Shown: positions 55,861-64,000 of the stretch, piece after piece
Layout of the letters: each line of letters begins with the position of its first letter
Position numbering within the stretch: the stretch's first letter is position 1
Origin: an uncultured Clostridia bacterium
Lineage (GTDB): Bacteria; Bacillota; Clostridia; Christensenellales; Aristaeellaceae
Length of the DNA stretch: 64,000 nt
Direction: 5' to 3'
Assembly (NCBI GenBank): GCA_947165425.1
Contig: CAMVAJ010000003.1
Coordinates: 24,824-88,823 of the forward strand
Translations under genes and position numbers: made by a program
The notes under the pieces: model-generated
What the model saw: the letters and a program-made list of their open reading frames with translations, nothing else
Database searches by the model: none
Told to the model about the DNA's origin: nothing

Positions 55861-56712
55861 ATGAACAGCATCTGGTCGGATCACATTCAGGGCGTCATGA
55901 CGCTGTACCTCAGCCGAAAGCTGAGGTTTGACGACGCGTTTTGGGACCAGTACGATCGCCTGTTTCAGATCGAGCATCACCGGGCGCTCAGCATCCTGGA
56001 GATTGGCTGCGGCCCGGGGGCTTTGGCCGAATCGCTGCACCGATGGTATCCCGACGCGCGGATCACCGCCATCGACCGGGACAGCCGGTTTATCGCCTTT
56101 GCGCGGGCCAACGGCAAGGGCATTGATTTCATGGAGGGGGACGCGACGAACCTCCCGTTTGAGGATCAGCGCTTCGACGTGGTGGTGTCCAATACGGTGC
56201 AGGAGCATGTCGAGCCGACGGCGTTCTGGCGCGAGCAGCGGCGCGTGCTGAAGCCGGGCGGAATCTGTCTGTGTCTTTCCGCGAGAAAGGGCTTGCGGTG
56301 CACGGCTCCGTGCCTGGAGGTCACGGCGGCGGAGAGCGCGTTCTGGGACCGTGTCTCCCAAACCGACGACGTGATCGAGCGGTACGGGGTCGGAAAGTAC
56401 TGGCTGGACGAGGCGGGCCTCCCAGCGGCCATGGAACGGCACGGCTTCTCGGAGGTATCGACGGGATACGCGGTCATTGACCTGACCCCCGATGCGCCGA
56501 AATACGCCCCGGAGATGGCGGAGGCGATGATCGAGGCCATGCGGGAGAACGATCTGGAGGCGATTGCGTCCGCCCACGCGCCCGACGCCGGGGACGCCGT
56601 GGACGCGGTCAACGCCAAGTATGACGAGCGCATCCGGCTGTACCGCGAGGGCATCCGGCAGTGGGATACGACGGTCTCGGTGACCATGGTCGTGCGGGGG
56701 ATCCGGAAATGA
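55861..56712 (+). CDS. Class I SAM-dependent methyltransferase
   Basis: Motif I ILEIGCGPGALA and post-I/II motifs (D.V.SN.V..H). Confidence 0.8.
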   Translation: MNSIWSDHIQGVMTLYLSRKLRFDDAFWDQYDRLFQIEHHRALSILEIGCGPGALAESLHRWYPDARITAIDRDSRFIAFARANGKGIDFMEGDATNLPFEDQRFDVVVSNTVQEHVEPTAFWREQRRVLKPGGICLCLSARKGLRCTAPCLEVTAAESAFWDRVSQTDDVIERYGVGKYWLDEAGLPAAMERHGFSEVSTGYAVIDLTPDAPKYAPEMAEAMIEAMRENDLEAIASAHAPDAGDAVDAVNAKYDERIRLYREGIRQWDTTVSVTMVVRGIRK

Positions 56713-56774
56713 GCGCCCGGCATGGCGGCGTGACGGAGCGGAAAACACTACAAAACATTTGAGGTATCAGAGCC

Positions 56775-57521
56775 ATGAAGTTTCAGGAATACGGGCCGGA
56801 GCAGAAAGACGTGATCCTGCTGCTGCACGGCGGCGGTCTGTCCTGGTGGAACTATCGGGAGGCGGCGGAGCTTCTCCGGGATGAATACCACATCATCCTG
56901 CCGATCCTGGACGGACATGCCGGAAGCGACCGCCCCTTCACGACGATCGAGGACAACGCCGCCGAGCTCATCTCCTTCATCGACGAGCGTCTGAACGGCG
57001 CCGTGCTGCTGATTGGCGGTCTCTCCCTGGGCGGACAGATCCTACTGGAGATGCTGTCGCGGCGCAGGGAGATCTGCTCCCATGCGCTGGTGGAGAGCGC
57101 GGCGGTCATCCCCTCGAAGCTGACCAACGCGCTGATTGCGCCGGCCTTCGGCGGCAGCTATGGGCTGATCCGGAACAGGAGCTTTGCCAGAATGCAGTTT
57201 CAGTCTCTGCACATGAAGCCGGAGTTGTTTGAAGACTATTACCGGGACACCTGCCGGATTCAGAAGCGGGACATGATCGCTTTCATGAAGGCGAACACGT
57301 CCTATGCGCTGAAGGACGCTTTCAGGGATTCAGCCGCGGAGATCCATGTCTATGTCGGGGAGAAAGAGACGGGAGAAATCCGGCGCTCGGCGGAGGCAAT
57401 CTGCAGGCTGCGTCCGGCCTGCCGACTGCACCGGATGCCCGGCCTGCGGCACGGCGAATTCTCCATCAACCACGCGGACCAATACGCGGACGCCATACGG
57501 CAGATCATTCAGGGTGGTTGA
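56775..57521 (+). CDS. Alpha/beta-fold hydrolase
   Basis: HGGG oxyanion region (LLLHGGG) and nucleophile elbow GLSLGG. Confidence 0.75.
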   Translation: MKFQEYGPEQKDVILLLHGGGLSWWNYREAAELLRDEYHIILPILDGHAGSDRPFTTIEDNAAELISFIDERLNGAVLLIGGLSLGGQILLEMLSRRREICSHALVESAAVIPSKLTNALIAPAFGGSYGLIRNRSFARMQFQSLHMKPELFEDYYRDTCRIQKRDMIAFMKANTSYALKDAFRDSAAEIHVYVGEKETGEIRRSAEAICRLRPACRLHRMPGLRHGEFSINHADQYADAIRQIIQGG

Positions 57522-57643
57522 CTCTTCTCTTTGGGATTGATCCAGTTTCAGTCATCTGCGATAGATTTGACTTTGGAGCTGAAAGCCAGGTTCAGGAGCG
57601 AAGGGATTGTCGTGTAAATCTGAGCATACCGAGGGAACAGGCT

Positions 57644-58126
57644 ATGATACATTTGGAGAAAGTGACAGGTAAAAATGTTTGGGATATCCTGAAGCTGGAG
57701 GTTGCTGAAGAGCAGAGGACGTTTGTCGCAGCCAATGAAGTCAGTATAATCGAAGCATATATCGCAATCACCGGAAACGGCCATGCGTTTCCGTTTGGGA
57801 TATATGACAACAATACGCTTGTGGGCTTTCTGATGATCGGTTTTGATGTGGACGATGATTGGGAAGATGCGCCCCAAATTGCAAAGGGCAATTACAATCT
57901 CTGGCGGCTGATGATTGATAAGAACTATCAAGGTCATGGCTTTGGCAAAGAAGCAGTCAGACTTGCCTTAGACTTTATGAAAACACAGCCATGCGGAGAG
58001 GCCGCGTTCTGCTGGCTTTCATATGAACCGGAGAACGAGGCTGCCCGCCAGCTGTATCGATCCTTTGGCTTTGCAGAGACAGACGAGATGGATGGAGAAG
58101 AAATCATAGCGGTCATGAAGCTGTGA
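57644..58126 (+). CDS. GNAT-family N-acetyltransferase
   Basis: Acetyl-CoA binding region YQGHGFGKEAVRLAL, 160 aa from ATG 57644. Confidence 0.75.
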   Translation: MIHLEKVTGKNVWDILKLEVAEEQRTFVAANEVSIIEAYIAITGNGHAFPFGIYDNNTLVGFLMIGFDVDDDWEDAPQIAKGNYNLWRLMIDKNYQGHGFGKEAVRLALDFMKTQPCGEAAFCWLSYEPENEAARQLYRSFGFAETDEMDGEEIIAVMKL

Positions 58127-58159
58127 AACAGAACCGAAATCACTTGCCAGGGGAAGGAA

Positions 58160-58377
58160 ATGCTGGCAAAGCTCAGGAGCGAAGGAATTGTGCAAATACT
58201 CGGAAGGGGAGGAATAATCGCGTATCATATTGGCAGAGTATTCAGCGAGGGAGAACTGAATCGCGATACTTCTGGCGAGTTTTCGACAGAAGTACGGGAA
58301 ACGCTTCCTCGCCATGATGGACGCGCTGGGATACGATGTGCGGCTTACTTATGAGAAGCGGGAAACCGCTGAGTAAA
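58160..58377 (+). pseudogene. Frameshifted debris of a small DNA-binding-type gene
   Basis: Two frames read AKLRSEGIVQILGRGGIIAYHIG and FRQKYGKRFLAMMDALGYDVRLTYEKRETAE*. A degenerate copy of the first part, with stops, lies at 57583-57630. Confidence 0.3.
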
Positions 58378-58401
58378 ATCGGGGTTTGAAGGGAGAATCA
58401 C

Positions 58402-58848
58402 ATGCTCAGATATGTCAAACTGCGGGAAATGCCGGAATTGAAAGAGCCCGCTGCAGAGTGGTTTCACCATAAGTGGGGAGTACCCAAAGAAGCCTATCTT
58501 GAATGTATGAACGCCTACCTGGATGAAAAGACAGAATACGGTTGGTATCTATGCCTGGATGATGATCAGATCGTTGGTGGCACAGGTGTGATCGAAAACG
58601 ATTTTCACGACAGGAAAGACTTGTTTCCAAATGTCTGCGCAGTATACACCGAGGAGTCATACCGGAAAAAAGGCATTGCCGGAAACTTGCTGAACCTGGC
58701 AGTAGACGATCTGCGATCAAAAGGAATTACACCGGTGTATCTCGTTACAGGTCATACGGGATTCTATGAGCGCTACGGCTGGGAATTCTTATGTATGGTT
58801 CAGGGCGACGATGAGCCTGATATGACACGCATGTATATTCACAGATGA
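58402..58848 (+). CDS. GNAT-family N-acetyltransferase
   Basis: YRKKGIAGNLLNLAV acetyl-CoA motif, 148 aa. Confidence 0.75.
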   Translation: MLRYVKLREMPELKEPAAEWFHHKWGVPKEAYLECMNAYLDEKTEYGWYLCLDDDQIVGGTGVIENDFHDRKDLFPNVCAVYTEESYRKKGIAGNLLNLAVDDLRSKGITPVYLVTGHTGFYERYGWEFLCMVQGDDEPDMTRMYIHR

Positions 58849-59130
58849 ATTCCAGTTTCCCGAGACGGCCGGAGGGCACGATGAAGCAGATATCGAACAA
58901 GGAATATGAGAAGTACCAGCAGACCGGATCGCCCGGCTGCACGGCAGAACCCTGACGCCGGATGGGTTCCGGATCATCTGCGTCCGCTTTGACGATGATC
59001 CCGAAACCGCTTGCATATCTGCGGATTTCCTTGTAGAATCGAACCTGTAAAACAGGGGCGTGAGCCCTGACGCGCGGCGCGCCGCCGGGGCGCTGCGACA
59101 GCATATCGAGAAATCGGGGGAGACGACAGC

Positions 59131-60459
59131 ATGAGACCAGACAATCGGGCGCCGGACCAGGCGCGGGAGGTATCCATTATCACAGATTTTGTCCGCACGG
59201 CGGCGGGCTCCTGCCTGATCGCCACGGGGAACACCCGGGTGATCTGCACCGCTTCGGTGGAGGAGAGCCTGCCGGCCTGGCGGCGGGGGAGCGGCCTGGG
59301 CTGGGTGACGGCGGAGTACGCCATGCTCCCGGCCTCCACCGGCACGCGCAAGCGCCGGGACGGCGCGACCAAGGACGGCCGCGGCGTGGAGATCCAGCGG
59401 CTCATCGGCCGGAGCCTGCGGCAGGCGGTGGACATGCGGCTGCTGGGCGAGCGGACGATCACCCTGGACTGCGACGTGCTGGAGGCCGACGGCGGCACCC
59501 GCACCGCCTCCATCACCGGGGCCATGGTGGCTCTGACCTGCGCCGTGGATAAGCTCATGCGGGAGGGGAAGCTGAAAGTCTCCCCCATCGTCCACCAGGT
59601 GGCCGCCATCTCGGTGGGCATCGTGGACAATACGCCCTGCCTCGACCTGTGCTACCAGGAGGACAGCAGGGCGCAGGTGGACATGAACTGCGTCATGGAC
59701 GAGACGGGGGCCTTCATCGAGCTGCAGGGCACCGGCGAGGGGCGGGCCTTCTCCGCCGCGGAGCTGCAGACCCTGACCTCCTACGGGGCCAAGGGCGTGG
59801 AGAGCCTGCTGGCCGCCCAGCGGGAGGCCCTGGGGACGCGCGCCGCCCGGATCGGCACCCGGCCGGTGCTGGTGGCCGCCACCGGCAACGCCCATAAGCT
59901 GACGGAGCTGCAGTCCATCTTCGGCGAGTTCTACGCCGTGGTCTCCATGCACGACGTGGGCTTTGACCAGGATATTGTGGAGGACGCGGACACCTTCGCC
60001 GGGAACGCGGCCATCAAGGCCGAGACCGTCTGCGCCGCCACCGGCCTGCCCACGATCGCGGACGACTCCGGCCTGATGGTGGACGCCCTGGGCGGGGAGC
60101 CCGGCGTCTACTCCGCCCGCTACTGCGGCCACCACGGGGACGACGAGGCGAACAACGACAAGCTCCTGGCGAAGATGGCGGGCGTGGAGAACCGCGCGGC
60201 GGCCTTCCACTGCGCCATCGCCCTCAAGCGCCCGGGCCGCGAGACCCTGGTGGCGGAGGGAGCCTGCCCCGGCGTGATCCTGCACGCGCGGCGCGGCAGC
60301 GGCGGCTTCGGCTACGATCCCCTCTTCCTCTACGAACCGCTGAACAAAACCTTCGCGGAGGTCAACGCGGAGGAGAAGAACGCCGTCAGCCACCGCGCCC
60401 GGGCCAGCGCGAAGATGCTGGAGCTGCTGCGGGCGGAGAAGGAGCGGGGACAGCTGTGA
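59131..60459 (+). CDS. rph: Fused ribonuclease PH / dITP-XTP pyrophosphatase (Rph-RdgB)
   Basis: The N-terminal half has Rph motifs (RPDNRAPDQAREV, TAEY.MLP.ST). The C-terminal half has HAM1/RdgB motifs (ATGNAHKL.EL, ADDSGL.VDAL.G.PGVYSAR, FGYDP.F). Single open frame of 442 aa. Confidence 0.85.
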   Translation: MRPDNRAPDQAREVSIITDFVRTAAGSCLIATGNTRVICTASVEESLPAWRRGSGLGWVTAEYAMLPASTGTRKRRDGATKDGRGVEIQRLIGRSLRQAVDMRLLGERTITLDCDVLEADGGTRTASITGAMVALTCAVDKLMREGKLKVSPIVHQVAAISVGIVDNTPCLDLCYQEDSRAQVDMNCVMDETGAFIELQGTGEGRAFSAAELQTLTSYGAKGVESLLAAQREALGTRAARIGTRPVLVAATGNAHKLTELQSIFGEFYAVVSMHDVGFDQDIVEDADTFAGNAAIKAETVCAATGLPTIADDSGLMVDALGGEPGVYSARYCGHHGDDEANNDKLLAKMAGVENRAAAFHCAIALKRPGRETLVAEGACPGVILHARRGSGGFGYDPLFLYEPLNKTFAEVNAEEKNAVSHRARASAKMLELLRAEKERGQL

Positions 60460-60953
60460 AGCGTCTGCTGGTTTTCTCGGACAGCCACGGGGAGCGCATG
60501 GCCCTGCGGCGCATCGCGGAGGAGGTCTGGCGGGTATACGGCCCGGTGGACGCCTACCTCCACTGTGGGGACGGCGCCCGCGACTTTCAGGCGGTGACCG
60601 ACGAGCTGAAGGCCCACGACCCCCAGGCTCAGTTTTTCCAGGTCCGGGGCAACTGCGACTGGTCCGGCGGGGAGGATCTCCCCTGGCAGCGCGTGGTGGA
60701 GATCGGCGGCGTCAGGCTCTTCCTGACCCACGGCCATCTCCAGGCGGTGAAGAGCACCCTCACGATCCTGAACGACGAGGCCCGGGGCTGCGGCTGTACC
60801 ATCGCCCTCTTCGGCCACACCCACGAGCCCGCCATGGAGATGTATTCCGTCCTCCTGCTCAACCCGGGCAGCGCCCAGACCGGCCAGTACCTGGTTCTGG
60901 AGCTGAAGGACGACGGCCAGCCCCGGATCCATCTGGACCGGCTGAGGATATGA
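60456..60953 (+). CDS. YfcE/MJ0936-family metallophosphoesterase
   Basis: FSDSHG, HCGD, GNCD and GHTH metal-binding motifs. Confidence 0.8.
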   Translation: MKRLLVFSDSHGERMALRRIAEEVWRVYGPVDAYLHCGDGARDFQAVTDELKAHDPQAQFFQVRGNCDWSGGEDLPWQRVVEIGGVRLFLTHGHLQAVKSTLTILNDEARGCGCTIALFGHTHEPAMEMYSVLLLNPGSAQTGQYLVLELKDDGQPRIHLDRLRI

Positions 60954-60969
60954 GAAAGGAATCGAGAAG

Positions 60970-62922
60970 ATGAACAATCTGGTTCGCGTGGCGGCGGCGG
61001 TGCCGCACTTGTATCTGGGGGACGTGGAGCGGAACGTGGAGGAGCATCTGAAGCTGCTGAAGGAGGCGGCGGAGAGGCACGCGACCCTCGTGGTGTTCCC
61101 GGAGCTGTCCCTGACGGGCTATACCTGCGGCGACCTGTTCCTGCAGCAGACGCTGCTGGACGCGGTGGAGCGCGGGCTGGAGCGGCTGACGCGGGAGTGC
61201 CCGGAGCACGTGCTGGCGGTGGTGGGCGCGCCGGTGCGCAAGGAGGGGCTTCTGTACAACTGCGCCGTGCTGCTGACGAGGGGCGCGGTCCAGGGCGTCG
61301 TGCCGAAGACCTACCTTCCCAACAGCGGCGAGTTCTACGAGAAGCGCTGGTTCCACGCCGGGGACGCCTTTATCCCGGCGGAGGACGACCTCTGCCGCAT
61401 CGGCGGCTGGTCGGACGCGCCCTTCGGCTCCTGCGTCTGGGAGAGCGAGGACGGCGTGCGCATCGGCGCGGAGCTGTGCGAGGACCTCTGGGCGCCGCTG
61501 CCCCCGTCCAACCTGCTGGCCGTCGGCGGCGCGGAGATCATCGTGAACCTCTCCGCCTCCAACGAGCTGATCGCCAAGCGGGAGTACCGCCAGGAGCTGG
61601 TGCGCCAGCAGAGCGCGCGCTGCCTGTGCGCCTATGTGTATGTCTCCGCCGGCACCGGCGAGTCCACCACCGACCTGGTCTTCTCCGGCCACAGCATGGC
61701 GGCCTGCTGCGGCTCGCTCCTGCGGGAGAACGACGGCTATCTCGACGACAACTATCTGATGACCTGCGACATCGACCTGGACCGCATCCGCGCGGACCGG
61801 CTCAAGCAGACCTCCTTCCGGGACGCGGCGGGCCGCTGGCGCGAGCGCGGGCAGGTGCCGTCCTGGAGCCTCGGGCAGGCGGTCCGCCTGACCCTCCCGG
61901 ACGGGGTCGAGCCGCAGCTGCGCGTGCCGAAGCACCCCTTCATCCCCGCGGACCGGGCCCAGCGGCAGGCGCGCTGCGAGCAGATCTTCGCCATGCAGGC
62001 CACGGCCCTGGCGCGGCGCATGTCCATCACCGGCGGCAAGGTGGTGGTGGGCATCTCCGGCGGCCTGGACTCCACGCTGGCGCTGCTGGCGGCCTGCAAG
62101 GCCGTGGATCTGCTGGGGCTCCCCCGGACCAACATCCTCGGCGTGACGATGCCCTGCTTCGGCACCACGGACTGGACCTACCAGAGCGCGCTGACCCTGA
62201 TGACGACCCTGGGCGTGGCCCAGCGGGAGATCGACATCCGGGAGGCCGTCACCCTGCACCTGCGGGACATCGGCCACGACCTCGGCGACCACAGCGTCAC
62301 CTACGAGAACGCGCAGGCTCGGGAGCGCACCCAGATCCTCATGGATCTGTCCAACGATTTCGGCGGCTTCGTGCTGGGTACGGGGGACCTGAGCGAGATC
62401 GCCCTGGGCTGGTGCACCTACAACGCCGACCACATGAGCATGTACGGCGTCAACAGCGGCGTCCCGAAGACGCTGGTGCGCTGGGTCATCCAGACGGCGG
62501 CGGAGCTGCCCGAGTTCGCCGCCTCCCGCGAGGTGCTGCTGCGGGTGCTGGACACGCCGATCTCCCCGGAGCTGCTGCCCCCGGACGAGAAGGGGAACAT
62601 CCAGCAGGTGACGGAGGACCTGGTGGGCCCTTACGCCCTGCACGACTTCTACCTGTACTACGCCGTGCGCTTCGGCTTCCCGCCCAAGAAGGTGTTCGAG
62701 TACGCCTGCATCGCCTTCGCGGAGGACTTCGACCGCGCGACGGTCCGCAAGTGGCTCATCAATTTCTACCGGCGGTTCTTCAACCAGCAGTTCAAGCGCT
62801 CCTGCATGCCCGACGGCGTGAAGATCGGCTCGGTGGCCCTCTCGCCGCGCGGCGACTGGCGCATGCCCTCGGACGCCCAGAGCGCGCTGTGGCTGCGCGA
62901 GGCGGAAGCCCTGGAGGTGTAA
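60970..62922 (+). CDS. nadE: Glutamine-dependent NAD(+) synthetase
   Basis: N-terminal CN-hydrolase domain (VVFPELSLTGY) plus a synthetase domain with PP-loop GISGGLDST. Confidence 0.9.
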   Translation: MNNLVRVAAAVPHLYLGDVERNVEEHLKLLKEAAERHATLVVFPELSLTGYTCGDLFLQQTLLDAVERGLERLTRECPEHVLAVVGAPVRKEGLLYNCAVLLTRGAVQGVVPKTYLPNSGEFYEKRWFHAGDAFIPAEDDLCRIGGWSDAPFGSCVWESEDGVRIGAELCEDLWAPLPPSNLLAVGGAEIIVNLSASNELIAKREYRQELVRQQSARCLCAYVYVSAGTGESTTDLVFSGHSMAACCGSLLRENDGYLDDNYLMTCDIDLDRIRADRLKQTSFRDAAGRWRERGQVPSWSLGQAVRLTLPDGVEPQLRVPKHPFIPADRAQRQARCEQIFAMQATALARRMSITGGKVVVGISGGLDSTLALLAACKAVDLLGLPRTNILGVTMPCFGTTDWTYQSALTLMTTLGVAQREIDIREAVTLHLRDIGHDLGDHSVTYENAQARERTQILMDLSNDFGGFVLGTGDLSEIALGWCTYNADHMSMYGVNSGVPKTLVRWVIQTAAELPEFAASREVLLRVLDTPISPELLPPDEKGNIQQVTEDLVGPYALHDFYLYYAVRFGFPPKKVFEYACIAFAEDFDRATVRKWLINFYRRFFNQQFKRSCMPDGVKIGSVALSPRGDWRMPSDAQSALWLREAEALEV

Positions 62923-62928
62923 GCAAAG

Positions 62929-63786
62929 ATGAAAAAAATGACGATCCGGAAGGCCTTCGCCGACGGGTGGCGCGTGTTTGCCGGCGACCTCGGCGGAAGC
63001 CTGATGACGACGCTCTTCGAGCTGGTGCTCCGGGCGATCGTGCTGCTGCCGCTGCTCTTCCTCGCGGACGGCAAGCTGCGGTGGCTGGCCCTGCTGTGCC
63101 CCGCACTCTTCCTGCTCATCACCCTGCCCGCGCGGCAGAACGCGGCGGAGGCCATGCAGCACAGCCTGCGCGGCATGCCGCTCTTCTCCAAGCGGCTGGC
63201 CTTCGGCGGCGCGCCCTACGGGCGCAAGCTCCTGCGCGGGCTGAAGACGGGCGCCTGCCTCCTGGTCTGGAGCCTGCCGCTGATCGCCGTGGGCATCTGG
63301 GTCGGACAGCTGTATTTCGCGGGCAACACCGCGGGCCTGAACGACGGCTTTACCCTGATGATGAACCTGACGCAGTTCGGCGGCGGCGAGCTGGAGCGCG
63401 GCGTGATCTACGTCGCCCTCATCGCGGCGGGGCTGGTGCTGATCGTGCTGTTCGGCTGCGCCTTCCACGCCGGAAGGCGGCATGAGTGGGCGCTGGGCGA
63501 GCGGCGGGTCGTGCCCGGCAACCGCGGCGGGCTGCTCCTCTGCCACATCGCGGCGGAGGTGACCCTTCTCCCCGCCTTCGCGGCGGGGGCCTGGGGAATT
63601 CTGGGCTATCTGCGCCAGTATCTCCAGGGCCTGAAGAGCCTGACCGGCGGGCTCGCGCTCCCGCCGATGAGCACCCATGTGCTGGTCGGCCTGATCGCGG
63701 CGGTCGTGCTGCTGATCCCCGCGATTCCGCTGCGGAGCCTGATCACGGCGGCCTATGTCCACGGCCTGTGGGAGGGGAAGGATTGA
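62929..63786 (+). CDS. Integral membrane protein of unknown function
   Basis: 285 aa with several predicted TM helices. No recognisable motif. Confidence 0.5.
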   Translation: MKKMTIRKAFADGWRVFAGDLGGSLMTTLFELVLRAIVLLPLLFLADGKLRWLALLCPALFLLITLPARQNAAEAMQHSLRGMPLFSKRLAFGGAPYGRKLLRGLKTGACLLVWSLPLIAVGIWVGQLYFAGNTAGLNDGFTLMMNLTQFGGGELERGVIYVALIAAGLVLIVLFGCAFHAGRRHEWALGERRVVPGNRGGLLLCHIAAEVTLLPAFAAGAWGILGYLRQYLQGLKSLTGGLALPPMSTHVLVGLIAAVVLLIPAIPLRSLITAAYVHGLWEGKD

Positions 63787-64000
63787 TCCGCCTGGACCGG
63801 TGCCTTGTGGCGCTGGGGGTGGGCAGCCGCTCCCAGGTGCAGAAGCTGATCCGCGCCGGCGCGGTGGCGGCGGCGGGGGAGACGCTCCGCGATCCCGCCG
63901 CCCAGATCGCGGAGGGAACGCCGATCTGCGTCCGGGGGGAGCCGCTGGACACCCGGCTCGCCCGCACGGTGCTGCTGGACAAGCCCGCGGGCCTGCTGAC
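63783..64000 (+). CDS. Pseudouridine synthase (RsuA/RluB type), S4-domain N-terminus, 3-prime partial
   Basis: TTG start overlaps the previous stop. RLDRCLVALGVGSRSQVQKLIRAG.V is an S4 RNA-binding domain. The frame runs off the window. Confidence 0.6.
   Translation, partial: MIRLDRCLVALGVGSRSQVQKLIRAGAVAAAGETLRDPAAQIAEGTPICVRGEPLDTRLARTVLLDKPAGLL

Noticed and set aside
60859-63762. 967-aa minus-strand ORF opposite nadE and the membrane protein gene
   Set aside because: The reason is the same as for the other antisense shadow ORFs. GC-rich antisense frames lack stop codons, and no motifs are present. nadE is well supported on the + strand.

Overview
This is a 64-kb chromosomal segment from a very GC-rich Gram-positive anaerobe. 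Gene content and synteny (yerC-pcrA-ligA, scpA-scpB, argR-recN, a CotH spore-coat-kinase operon, rph-rdgB) point to Clostridia. An Oscillospiraceae-like genome is my guess only. Most of the window is housekeeping: DNA repair and replication (pcrA, ligA, recO, recN, cinA, an MrfA/YprA-like helicase), the potABCD polyamine transporter with an XRE-cupin regulator, NAD metabolism (nadK, nadE), purA, hisH/hisF, alr, pgsA and envelope genes. Five accessory parts stand out. (1) A decayed prophage at about 6.4-12.0 kb keeps scaffold, capsid, Dit, Tal and a lysis cassette but lacks terminase, portal, tail tube and tape measure. (2) A 2.9-kb AT-richer islet at 41.7-44.6 kb is bracketed by a perfect 45-bp direct repeat that copies the 3-prime end of the helicase gene. 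(3) A single-gene RhuM insertion. (4) Two complete type II TA pairs (RelE/Phd-like and VapC/Phd-like) and one orphan MazE tail. (5) An AT-richer detoxification-type cluster at 55.3-58.8 kb. The most unusual signal is non-coding. A dense family of modular GC-rich nested-hairpin repeats fills nearly every long intergenic gap (at least 9 loci). It shows compensatory stem variants, nested insertions and MITE-like inverted termini. Other non-coding signals are a same-orientation cluster of DnaA boxes far from any dnaA gene, a consensus promoter plus terminator that defines a candidate sRNA of about 90 nt, and paired GTTTAG-N5-CTAAAC operators upstream of the pot regulator. I found no rRNA, tRNA or CRISPR array. 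All calls come from reading the sequence and the ORF translations. No searches were run, and repeat boundaries are approximate (about +/-5 bp).
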